Assembly: GCA_049973735.1 (NCBI GenBank)
Contig: JBMFJL010000024.1
Span: 1 to 8,290 of the forward strand
DNA: 8,290 nt
Source of the DNA: Nanopusillaceae archaeon
GTDB lineage: Archaea > Nanobdellota > Nanobdellia > Nanobdellales > Nanobdellaceae
Direction of reading: 5' to 3'
Below are positions 1-5,155 of the stretch, one piece after another. The notes under the pieces were generated by a model. That model saw only the letters and a program-made list of their open reading frames with translations, was not told the DNA's origin and ran no database searches. The number at the start of each line of letters is the position of its first letter. The first letter of the stretch is position 1. Position numbers and translations under genes: made by a program.

Positions 1-495
1 CCAAGCAGAATAATAAACTTTTTGATTAAAATTATTAATTAAATTATCAATTTCATTATATGTTTTAATAAAAGTTTCTTCATCCAGTTTTATTCCAAAA
101 ACATTTTCAAATATTTTTGGAATTTCGTTAATCAAATCAAATTTATAATATTTATGTTTCTCATAATCAATTGCTAAATAATTGCAATTCAAAACTTTTT
201 TTGTAACTATTGCCATTTTTGATGTACCAAAATTTATAACTTTTCTTATATTCAATCCATGTTTTTCTAACTCTTTATTTATTTTAGCTATTGAATATTT
301 TTTTGATTCGCTAATTATTTCATCAATATCTAAATTTGTTAAACTTTTAACAACAAATTTTAAAGATTCAAAATCTAGATCATAAAAATCATCGCTATTT
401 AAATTTAATACTAAAAAATCTTTTTTACATCTAAACATAAACACAAGTTCATTATAATAAGAAAATTTGATGGGAGCCAAAAAGGAAAGCCTCAT
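1..495 (-). CDS. Hypothetical protein, N-terminal 165 codons only (runs off the left edge); paralog of the 2337..2912 product
   Basis: Absent from the supplied track because there is no in-window stop. The reverse frame is open from ATG 495-493 to base 1: MRLSFLAPIKFSYYNELVFMFRCKKDFLVLNLNSDDFYDLDFESLKF...NNFNQKVYYSAW. The ATG overlaps the TGA of the upstream gene 492..686 (ATGA). The N-terminus, the LxLNLN[ST][DN][DE]F motif and the N[FY]N-x7-W motif align with 2337..2912. The + ORF 182..385 is its antisense shadow. Confidence 0.7.
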   Translation of the reverse strand, partial: MRLSFLAPIKFSYYNELVFMFRCKKDFLVLNLNSDDFYDLDFESLKFVVKSLTNLDIDEIISESKKYSIAKINKELEKHGLNIRKVINFGTSKMAIVTKKVLNCNYLAIDYEKHKYYKFDLINEIPKIFENVFGIKLDEETFIKTYNEIDNLINNFNQKVYYSAW

Positions 496-686
496 TTTAA
501 TCTAAATAGCTTTGCTTTTCCTACCTCTCTATATTCTACAATTCCTTTCCCTAATAAATAATGCAAATATTTTGTTACTGTAATTCTGCTAACTTCTACT
601 TCATCTGCTATTTCTTTTATTGTTTTTTCTCCATTTTTTAAGCATTTTATTATCTTATTTATCACTTTCTCTTCTTCTTCCTCCAT
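492..686 (-). CDS. Small winged helix-turn-helix DNA-binding protein (ArsR/TrmB/MarR-like), 64 aa
   Basis: The segment KTIKEIADEVEVSRITVTKYLHYLLGKGIVEYREVGKAKLFRL shows the canonical helix-turn-recognition helix followed by a beta-hairpin wing (G-x-V/I-x-x-x-x-x-G-K/R-x-x-x-F/Y-x-L). It has an acidic N-terminal tail. A BRE/TATA sits upstream at 704-722. The gene is translationally coupled to the downstream gene. Confidence 0.8.
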   Translation of the reverse strand: MEEEEEKVINKIIKCLKNGEKTIKEIADEVEVSRITVTKYLHYLLGKGIVEYREVGKAKLFRLK

Positions 687-703
687 AAATATATTAATAA
701 ATA

Positions 704-722
704 TTATTTAAAAGATTTTCGA
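704..722 (-). promoter_or_regulatory. Archaeal BRE/TATA promoter for 492..686
   Basis: The minus strand reads TCGAAAATCTTTTAAATAAT. The BRE-like G is 34 nt from the ATG at 686. No SD is present, which implies a very short or absent leader. Confidence 0.5.
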
Positions 723-733
723 TAAAAATTATA

Positions 734-750
734 GTAAGCCTTAAATATAT
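734..750 (+). promoter_or_regulatory. Archaeal TATA promoter for the 767..2372 operon
   Basis: GTAAGCCTTAAATATAT, with 18 nt between the TATA and the ATG at 767. The BRE is weaker than at the other promoters (no GAAA). Confidence 0.45.
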
Positions 751-766
751 TTTTTATTAATATATT

Positions 767-961
767 ATGAATAAGGAAGAATTTATCCAATATATGGAAG
801 AGCTAAAAAAGAAATATAAAATAGTTCCATTATCTATTATTTATTCCGAATTAGAAAGAAAAGGGGTTGAAAGGGGGAAAATAAAATATTGGTTAAAAAC
901 ATTAGATGGAACTTTTTTTAAAGTTGAAAATTGGAATGTGATATTTATAGAAAATGGTTGA
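767..961 (+). CDS. Hypothetical 64-aa protein, possibly a small wHTH-like DNA binder
   Basis: ATG-initiated ORF with composition like its neighbours. The helix / helix (SIIYSELERKGVERGKIKYWLKTL) / beta-hairpin (TFFKVENWNVIF) layout is compatible with a winged helix, but this is weak. It overlaps the next gene by 8 nt (operon). Confidence 0.6.
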   Translation: MNKEEFIQYMEELKKKYKIVPLSIIYSELERKGVERGKIKYWLKTLDGTFFKVENWNVIFIENG

Positions 962-1793
962 AATAAAGTTTAATATAAAGTTTAATAAACAATTTATAAT
1001 TCCTACATTATTTGGATTAGTTGTATTGGCTTTCCTTTTTTGGTATATTTCAAACGCTTCTATAAAAGAAAAAATAGAAAAATATATTAGAAATGAGCTT
1101 GGAATATTTTGTGAAAATTTTGATTTTAAAGATATTGGCAATATATATGAAGTTAAGGGATGTAACTTTATTCTTTATTTTACAAAAGATGGTAAATATT
1201 TTATTAGGGGTTATCCTGAGGAAATAAAATTCTTAGAAAAAAGAGATGTACCAAAAATAATAGTATTTACAATGCCATTTTGCCCAGCATGTAATATATT
1301 TTTTCCAAATTTAGTTAGGCTATATGATGAATTTAAAGATTATGTAAAATTTGAAATTTATCCAAGCGAAATTCAAATTCATGGGGATCTAGAAGTGCTT
1401 GAAGCATTAAGAGAATATTGCATGATAAATAAAAGCATTGATAATTATTTTAAACATTTAAAATGTTATATAAATTTAAATTCATCTGAATGTTTTAATG
1501 AAAAAGAACCAGATAAAGTTTTTAATTGTTTATTTGAGAAATATGAGAAATGTTATGAAAAAAATGATGAAATAGAAAATTGTGTTAAAGAATTAAATAG
1601 ATCTGTTGAATATTTACCTTTTAGAGCTAAACTTAATTTTGTTTCAGAAATAAACTCGAAATATAATATTTTTGCAACACCAACAATTATAATTAATGAT
1701 AAAAAAGTAAATTTGGATATTAGAGATTATAATCAAATCAAAAAAACTGTTTGTAATGCATTTTTAAACCCTCCAAATATTTGTAAATTTTAA
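954..1793 (+). CDS. Membrane-anchored thioredoxin-fold thiol:disulfide oxidoreductase (DsbA/BdbD-like), 279 aa
   Basis: N-terminal TM helix (IIPTLFGLVVLAFLFWYIS). A beta-strand plus CxxC active site follows (IIVFTMPF-CPAC-N, nt 1281-1292). Next comes a long helical insertion, then the cis-Pro loop A-T-P-T-IIIN (nt 1674-1685), typical of DsbA-family proteins (GTPTFxxNG). There are 12 Cys in total, 10 of them outside the CxxC. Confidence 0.85.
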   Translation: MVEIKFNIKFNKQFIIPTLFGLVVLAFLFWYISNASIKEKIEKYIRNELGIFCENFDFKDIGNIYEVKGCNFILYFTKDGKYFIRGYPEEIKFLEKRDVPKIIVFTMPFCPACNIFFPNLVRLYDEFKDYVKFEIYPSEIQIHGDLEVLEALREYCMINKSIDNYFKHLKCYINLNSSECFNEKEPDKVFNCLFEKYEKCYEKNDEIENCVKELNRSVEYLPFRAKLNFVSEINSKYNIFATPTIIINDKKVNLDIRDYNQIKKTVCNAFLNPPNICKF

Positions 1794-1806
1794 TTTACAT
1801 ATTTAA

Positions 1807-1830
1807 GCGAAAAGGACTTAAATATTTCGG
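1807..1830 (+). promoter_or_regulatory. BRE/TATA promoter for 1843..2372, quasi-palindromic
   Basis: GCGAAAAGGACTTAAATATTTCGG. The BRE G at 1809 is 34 nt from ATG 1843. The reverse complement (CCGAAATATTTAAGTCC) also reads as BRE+TATA, so a divergent antisense start is possible. Confidence 0.5.
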
Positions 1831-1842
1831 TAATATATTATT

Positions 1843-2082
1843 ATGGTTGCTATGAATAAAAAAATACTATACTTAATAGCTGCAATAGTGCTAGTATCAG
1901 TAGCAGCAGGAGCAGTATATAAAATATATAAAACTCATACAATAACAGTAAGTGTTCAGGAACCTTTAAATATAACAGCATATGAAACTATAGATGTTAG
2001 TGGATATCCAGGAGAAGAAGTTGAAGCAAAAGTATTAGACATTGAAAATAAAGCACCAGAACTGGTTTTACAAAAGAATTGA
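1843..2082 (+). CDS. Small N-terminally membrane-anchored or secreted protein, 79 aa
   Basis: MVAMNKKILYLIAAIVLVSVAAGAVYKIY is a signal-anchor or signal peptide, followed by a beta-rich acidic ectodomain. An alternative start lies at ATG 1852 (MNKK...). Promoter spacing favours 1843. The TGA stop overlaps the TTG of the next ORF. Confidence 0.6.
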   Translation: MVAMNKKILYLIAAIVLVSVAAGAVYKIYKTHTITVSVQEPLNITAYETIDVSGYPGEEVEAKVLDIENKAPELVLQKN

Positions 2083-2372
2083 AAAAACTGTATAATATAG
2101 TTGGTACACAAAATAAAACAATAAAAGAATTAGAGCAAATAATAAGCAATTATTCTTTAGAAATTAGCAAATTGGAAGAGGAAAATAAAAAATTAAAAGC
2201 AAGTAATGAAGAATTGTTAAATGCATATTTAAATGCAACAAAAGAAAGTAAGGAAAAAGATGAATTAATAACAAAAATAATAATTGTTTGTTTAACAATA
2301 ATTGCTATTTCAACAGCATTGAATATATATCTTTACTTAAGGAAGTTTAAGATATCTTCTGTTCCAAGCTAA
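2079..2372 (+). CDS. Tail-anchored coiled-coil membrane protein, 97 aa, TTG start
   Basis: The only available start is TTG 2079, inside a TTGA start/stop overlap. The heptad-like segment IKELEQIISNYSLEISKLEEENKKLKASNEELLNAYLNATKESKEKDE is followed by a C-terminal TM helix (IIIVCLTIIAISTALNIYLYL). Composition is genuinely protein-like. The start codon is uncertain. Confidence 0.55.
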   Translation: MKKLYNIVGTQNKTIKELEQIISNYSLEISKLEEENKKLKASNEELLNAYLNATKESKEKDELITKIIIVCLTIIAISTALNIYLYLRKFKISSVPS

Positions 2373-2912
2373 TATAGTTTTTGGTGAAAAACCAAAAAGC
2401 TCTGCTATTTCTTCTACTTTTTTTGCACTACATTTCCATAAACAGCATGCCAAAATTCCATTATAATTTTCATTTTTATATCCATACTTTTCTTCCAATT
2501 TTTTAAACATTTTTTCAAAACCTTCAAAATCAATATAAATGTTTAAAACATTTGAAATATATTTTGCAACATCTAATATATTATCTGTTCTTAAAAACTT
2601 TTTCAAATAAAAATCAAAAAACAAATATTTTTTTTCTATTAAACTTTTCCTAATTATAAATGTATCATTAGCATCCCTTTTAAAAACTAAAATTCCAAAT
2701 TTTTTTAATGTTTTATTTTTTCTTTGTATTTTTTCATCAACTTCAATATTTATATCTTTAAGAAATTTTTTAATGTTTTCAATATCTCCAAATTCAAATT
2801 CGTTTGTATTTAAATTTAATGCTAAATAATCATAATTAAAAGTAAATAAAAATCCCTCTTCATTTTTACTTCCATAAAAACTTGTTTTTCCAAACAATTT
2901 AAACCTTAACAT
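2337..2912 (-). CDS. Hypothetical 191-aa protein with a C-terminal helix-turn-helix; paralog of 1..495
   Basis: The C-terminus SAKKVEEIAELFGFSPKTILAWNRRY matches the common HTH pattern (xxEIAxxxGxSxxTxxxWxxRY) seen in IS630/resolvase/terminase-small type HTHs. The N-terminal ~150 aa align with the 1..495 product. Its start is overlapped by the upstream gene (14 nt). Confidence 0.75.
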   Translation of the reverse strand: MLRFKLFGKTSFYGSKNEEGFLFTFNYDYLALNLNTNEFEFGDIENIKKFLKDINIEVDEKIQRKNKTLKKFGILVFKRDANDTFIIRKSLIEKKYLFFDFYLKKFLRTDNILDVAKYISNVLNIYIDFEGFEKMFKKLEEKYGYKNENYNGILACCLWKCSAKKVEEIAELFGFSPKTILAWNRRYLKLP

Positions 2913-3123
2913 TTATTTTTTCTCCCCACTTTAATACAATAATTCTGTAATCGCTATCATTTTCAAATACTAAAATGCAAAATTTTGATCTTTTATTTAA
3001 AAAATCTGCAAGCGCATAAGAATCTTTTATTTCAAAATTGTTTAAGTGTGCTATTTCAACAATTTTATTTAATGTTTTATCTAAATTTTTCTCATTAACA
3101 ACAATTTCTTTTATTTTTTTCAT
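2899..3123 (-). CDS. Hypothetical 74-aa protein (start trimmed to the first ATG)
   Basis: The track ORF 2899..3183 begins at a GTG and translates the promoter region (VIKFFFQFQFLYLSFSIII). The ATG at 3123-3121 gives MKKIKEIVVNEKNL..., with a TATA centred about 23 nt upstream. Helix then beta-hairpin (FCILVFENDSDYRIIVLKW). The layout weakly resembles 6976..7209. Confidence 0.6.
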   Translation of the reverse strand: MKKIKEIVVNEKNLDKTLNKIVEIAHLNNFEIKDSYALADFLNKRSKFCILVFENDSDYRIIVLKWGEKINVKV

Positions 3124-3132
3124 AATTATTAT

Positions 3133-3150
3133 AGAAAAGCTTAAATATAA
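3133..3150. promoter_or_regulatory. TATA element shared or bidirectional between 2899..3123 (-) and the region upstream of 3229 (+)
   Basis: The + strand reads AGAAAAGCTTAAATATAA, a consensus BRE+TATA in the + orientation. The same TATA is at the right distance (about 23 nt) for the minus-strand ATG at 3123, but there is no good BRE on that side. Confidence 0.35.
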
Positions 3151-3194
3151 AAATTGGAATTGGAAGAAGAATTTGATAACCACAAAAAAATTAT

Positions 3195-3213
3195 GGAAAA
3201 AGCATATAAATAG
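3195..3213 (+). promoter_or_regulatory. BRE/TATA promoter for 3229..3573
   Basis: GGAAAAAGCATATAAATAG. The BRE G at 3196 is 33 nt from ATG 3229. No SD is present. Confidence 0.5.
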
Positions 3214-3228
3214 GTTTTACTTAAATTT

Positions 3229-3573
3229 ATGGTCGTTAAAAGAATATACAGACCAAGAGGATTGCATAAAGTAGGATCTTTAGTAGGGGAAGAAAGAGCA
3301 CCATTGTTTAAGCAGCCTAGTAGAGTATATGTTAGTCCAGATATTACGCCAGGGCTATTCTTAGCAGTAAAAGCTAAAAAACATGTAACAGTTTATAAAA
3401 GAAAGAGAGAAGCTCCTGGAGCAGGTCATCCAGTTGTTAAGGCAATATTTAAAGAGTGTGCAATGCAAACAAAAGGTATTGCTAACAGAGACGAAAGAGT
3501 TAAAAAGATTAGAGAATGTATATTAGCGGCACTTGACAAGAGATTTTCAAAAGTAGCTGAAGTAAAAGCATAA
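3229..3573 (+). CDS. Strongly basic 114-aa protein, candidate nucleic-acid-binding / chromatin or virion-core protein
   Basis: Hand count: 16 K + 11 R against 3 D + 7 E, net about +17. It is Pro/Gly/Ala/Arg-containing, unlike its neighbours. Two 60-nt lines (3241-3300, 3301-3360) count 38% and 42% G+C, against 22% for line 2641-2700. It is monocistronic, with its own promoter and terminator. I do not recognise the family. Confidence 0.8.
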   Translation: MVVKRIYRPRGLHKVGSLVGEERAPLFKQPSRVYVSPDITPGLFLAVKAKKHVTVYKRKREAPGAGHPVVKAIFKECAMQTKGIANRDERVKKIRECILAALDKRFSKVAEVKA

Positions 3574-3581
3574 TAGTTGTA

Positions 3582-3628
3582 AGTAAATAAAAGTAAAAAA
3601 CTAAGAAAATTTGTTTACTCTTTTTTTT
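3582..3628 (+). terminator. Hairpin plus T8 terminator for 3229..3573
   Basis: AGTAAATAAA (3582-3591) pairs with TTTGTTTACT (3610-3619) over 10 bp including one U-G wobble, with an 18-nt loop. C then T8 follows (3621-3628). Oligo-T tracts are the established archaeal termination signal. Confidence 0.45.
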
Positions 3629-3629
3629 A

Positions 3630-3980
3630 TTATTTATTTAAAGTAAATAAATAGTATGAATTATTACTTGTTTTAATTAACAAACCATTTTCTAAATTTA
3701 TTTTTGCATCTTTTTTTTCTCCAAAAAACAAAATTACAATTTTTCCAATTTGAACATTATTCTCATTTGTATGATATATTTTTCTCCCATTTACAACTTC
3801 ACTCTTCATTATTTTCATTTTTTCCAACCTTTTTAACCTACTTCTAAAAAAATTATCTATTATTTTAATATCATTTGAATTGAATAAATTTTTATATTTT
3901 TGTGCTTCAGAATAACTTGTTATTTTTTCTTTTAAACCATCTAATATTAACAATATATCAAACGTATCAATCCTTTCCAT
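3630..3980 (-). CDS. Putative wHTH DNA-binding protein with a C-terminal beta-rich domain, 116 aa
   Basis: The N-terminal part (FDILLILDGLKEKITSYSEA ... FRSRLKRLEKMKIMKSEVVNGRKIYHT) matches the recognition-helix plus wing pattern (LKRLEKxGLIxxxxxGRKxxYxLT) of MarR/PadR-like winged helices. The C-terminal 40 aa are beta-rich. Confidence 0.65.
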   Translation of the reverse strand: MERIDTFDILLILDGLKEKITSYSEAQKYKNLFNSNDIKIIDNFFRSRLKRLEKMKIMKSEVVNGRKIYHTNENNVQIGKIVILFFGEKKDAKINLENGLLIKTSNNSYYLFTLNK

Positions 3981-4006
3981 ATTTAAATATAAATTTAAAT
4001 AATATT
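3981..4006. promoter_or_regulatory. 26-bp bidirectional control region made of two ATTTAAAT palindromes
   Basis: ATTTAAATATAAATTTAAATAATATT is the entire spacer between ATG 3980 (-) and ATG 4007 (+). The self-complementary octamer ATTTAAAT occurs at 3981-3988 and 3993-4000. No GAAA-type BRE is present on either side. Confidence 0.45.
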
Positions 4007-4363
4007 ATGGTAATATTAGTGAAAAGGACAGCAGAAGAATTTAAAAAAGAATTTGCCGAATTTTGTGAATCAAGAAATGGAGTATTTAAAGATTTTGGGA
4101 ATAGTTTTAGATGTCAAGCAAAAGAATTCGAAATATTTGGAAGGGAATTTGAAGGTAAATATGATATTAAATTTTCATTTTTAGCAGAAAAACCAATTTC
4201 AATTTATATGATAAATAAAGATTTTATTGGTGTAAGAACTATAAGAACTGGGTTTGAAATATTGGGAGCAAGTGAAGGTGAAATGGTATTTGTAAAAGTT
4301 TATAAGCCTGGAGAAAAAATTGAGGCAGTTGAAATAGAGTCAAGAACATTTTCTCCAGAATAA
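4007..4363 (+). CDS. Hypothetical 118-aa protein (start trimmed to ATG 4007)
   Basis: The first 35 codons of track ORF 3902..4363 are antisense to 3630..3980 and hydrophobic junk. From ATG 4007 the sequence is protein-like: MVILVKRTAEEFKKEFAEFCESRNG... It is beta-rich in the C-terminal half. No family recognised. Confidence 0.7.
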   Translation: MVILVKRTAEEFKKEFAEFCESRNGVFKDFGNSFRCQAKEFEIFGREFEGKYDIKFSFLAEKPISIYMINKDFIGVRTIRTGFEILGASEGEMVFVKVYKPGEKIEAVEIESRTFSPE

Positions 4364-5143
4364 TTAAAATTTTAGCATTTTCTTTATTTTTTCTAGCTCT
4401 TTCTTTAATTCTTCAATTTCTTCCTTTCTTGTTGCTGCTTTTTCTAGCTCTTCCATTCTACTTTCAATTTCTTCAACTTTAAATGAAAAATATCTAATAT
4501 CATATGCACTTTTCATTATTTCTCTTCTTAATGTTTCAATTTCTTCTCTAACTTTTTTAATCTCTTCGGCCAAGAGTTCTTCCATTGGATACTCTATTAC
4601 AACTTCTTTAACAGGTTTTAAACCTAAAAATATTTCAATTTCATCTAAAGACCTCAAATTTCTAATTAAATAACTAAGTTCTGGAAACGAAAAATATAAA
4701 CATCCTGTTTCAATATTTTGTTCTAACTTTATTTTTCCAATCTGAGCCATTTCTATTATATCATTCATTAGAATGTTAATAATTGGGTGCAAAACATATT
4801 CTTTGTGGGTTTTTAAATATTCTTCATAATTTGGATATACAAATGCTAAAGGATGTGGAATTTCTCTAACTCTAATTGCAACAAAATATGTATATATACA
4901 TTTTTCTCCAACTTCAACATTCCATTTTAATATTTCTTCAATTTTTTTGTATTTTCCTTTGGATGCATAATATGCTAGATCATCTAAAAAATTTTCAATT
5001 TTATAAAGTTTAATATCTATTCTGTCTTTATCTATTGTTGTTGTTGCCTTATAAGAAGCGTCATAATGTAAAGATTTAAAAGCTCTTACAACTTTTTCAC
5101 TTTCTTCTTTATCAAATGTTGGAAACAAAGGATACCAAGGCAT
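4364..5143 (-). CDS. Hypothetical 259-aa protein with a C-terminal coiled coil
   Basis: Long ORF with coherent composition. The last ~70 aa (EELLAEEIKKVREEIETLRREI...EELEKAATRKEEIEELKKELEKIKKMLKF) are heptad-like. No catalytic motif recognised. No consensus promoter lies immediately upstream, so it may be co-transcribed with 5286..5801. Confidence 0.8.
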   Translation of the reverse strand: MPWYPLFPTFDKEESEKVVRAFKSLHYDASYKATTTIDKDRIDIKLYKIENFLDDLAYYASKGKYKKIEEILKWNVEVGEKCIYTYFVAIRVREIPHPLAFVYPNYEEYLKTHKEYVLHPIINILMNDIIEMAQIGKIKLEQNIETGCLYFSFPELSYLIRNLRSLDEIEIFLGLKPVKEVVIEYPMEELLAEEIKKVREEIETLRREIMKSAYDIRYFSFKVEEIESRMEELEKAATRKEEIEELKKELEKIKKMLKF

Positions 5144-5155
5144 AATTATATTATT

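Noticed and set aside
182-385. Track ORF 182..385 (+), 67 aa
   Set aside because: It lies entirely antisense to the better-supported edge gene 1..495 (-). Its sequence (FFVTIAIFDV...FLIFNPCFSNSLFIL) is the F/L/I/S-rich pattern expected from reading the complement of K/E/N-rich codons. It has no promoter motif.
902-1141. Track ORF 902..1141 (-), 79 aa
   Set aside because: It is an antisense shadow of 767..961 and 954..1793, with low-complexity hydrophobic composition and no promoter.
1324-1570. C/D-box sRNA signals (AUGAUGA at 1324-1330 and 1564-1570, CUGA nearby)
   Set aside because: Both boxes are inside the well-supported DsbA-like CDS, where they encode D-D-E / N-D-E. No matching terminal stem or D box sits at sRNA spacing. 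ATGATGA is expected by chance in this composition.
2052-2100. Programmed -1 frameshift or TGA read-through fusing 1843..2082 with 2079..2372
   Set aside because: The A-rich run GAAAAAAC lies after the TGA, not before it. The codons before the stop (CAA AAG AAT) are not a canonical X XXY YYZ slippery site. Read-through of the TGA hits TAG after 5 codons. TTGA start/stop coupling is the simpler explanation.
3124-3183. N-terminal extension of track ORF 2899..3183 (GTG start)
   Set aside because: The extension translates the AT-rich promoter region as VIKFFFQFQFLYLSFSIII. An ATG at 3123 with a TATA about 23 nt upstream is the more plausible start.
3038-3274. Track ORF 3038..3274 (+), 78 aa
   Set aside because: It spans the antisense of 2899..3123, two promoters and the out-of-frame start of 3229..3573. 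Its composition is shadow-like.
3631-3653. Perfect 10-bp palindrome TATTTATTTA-AAG-TAAATAAATA
   Set aside because: It is AT-only and lies inside the last codons of 3630..3980 (…YYLFTLNK). It may contribute to bidirectional termination together with the T8 at 3621-3628, but an A/U-only stem is weak evidence on its own.
3902-4006. N-terminal extension of track ORF 3902..4363
   Set aside because: The first 35 codons are antisense to 3630..3980 and hydrophobic junk. ATG 4007 starts the protein-like sequence.
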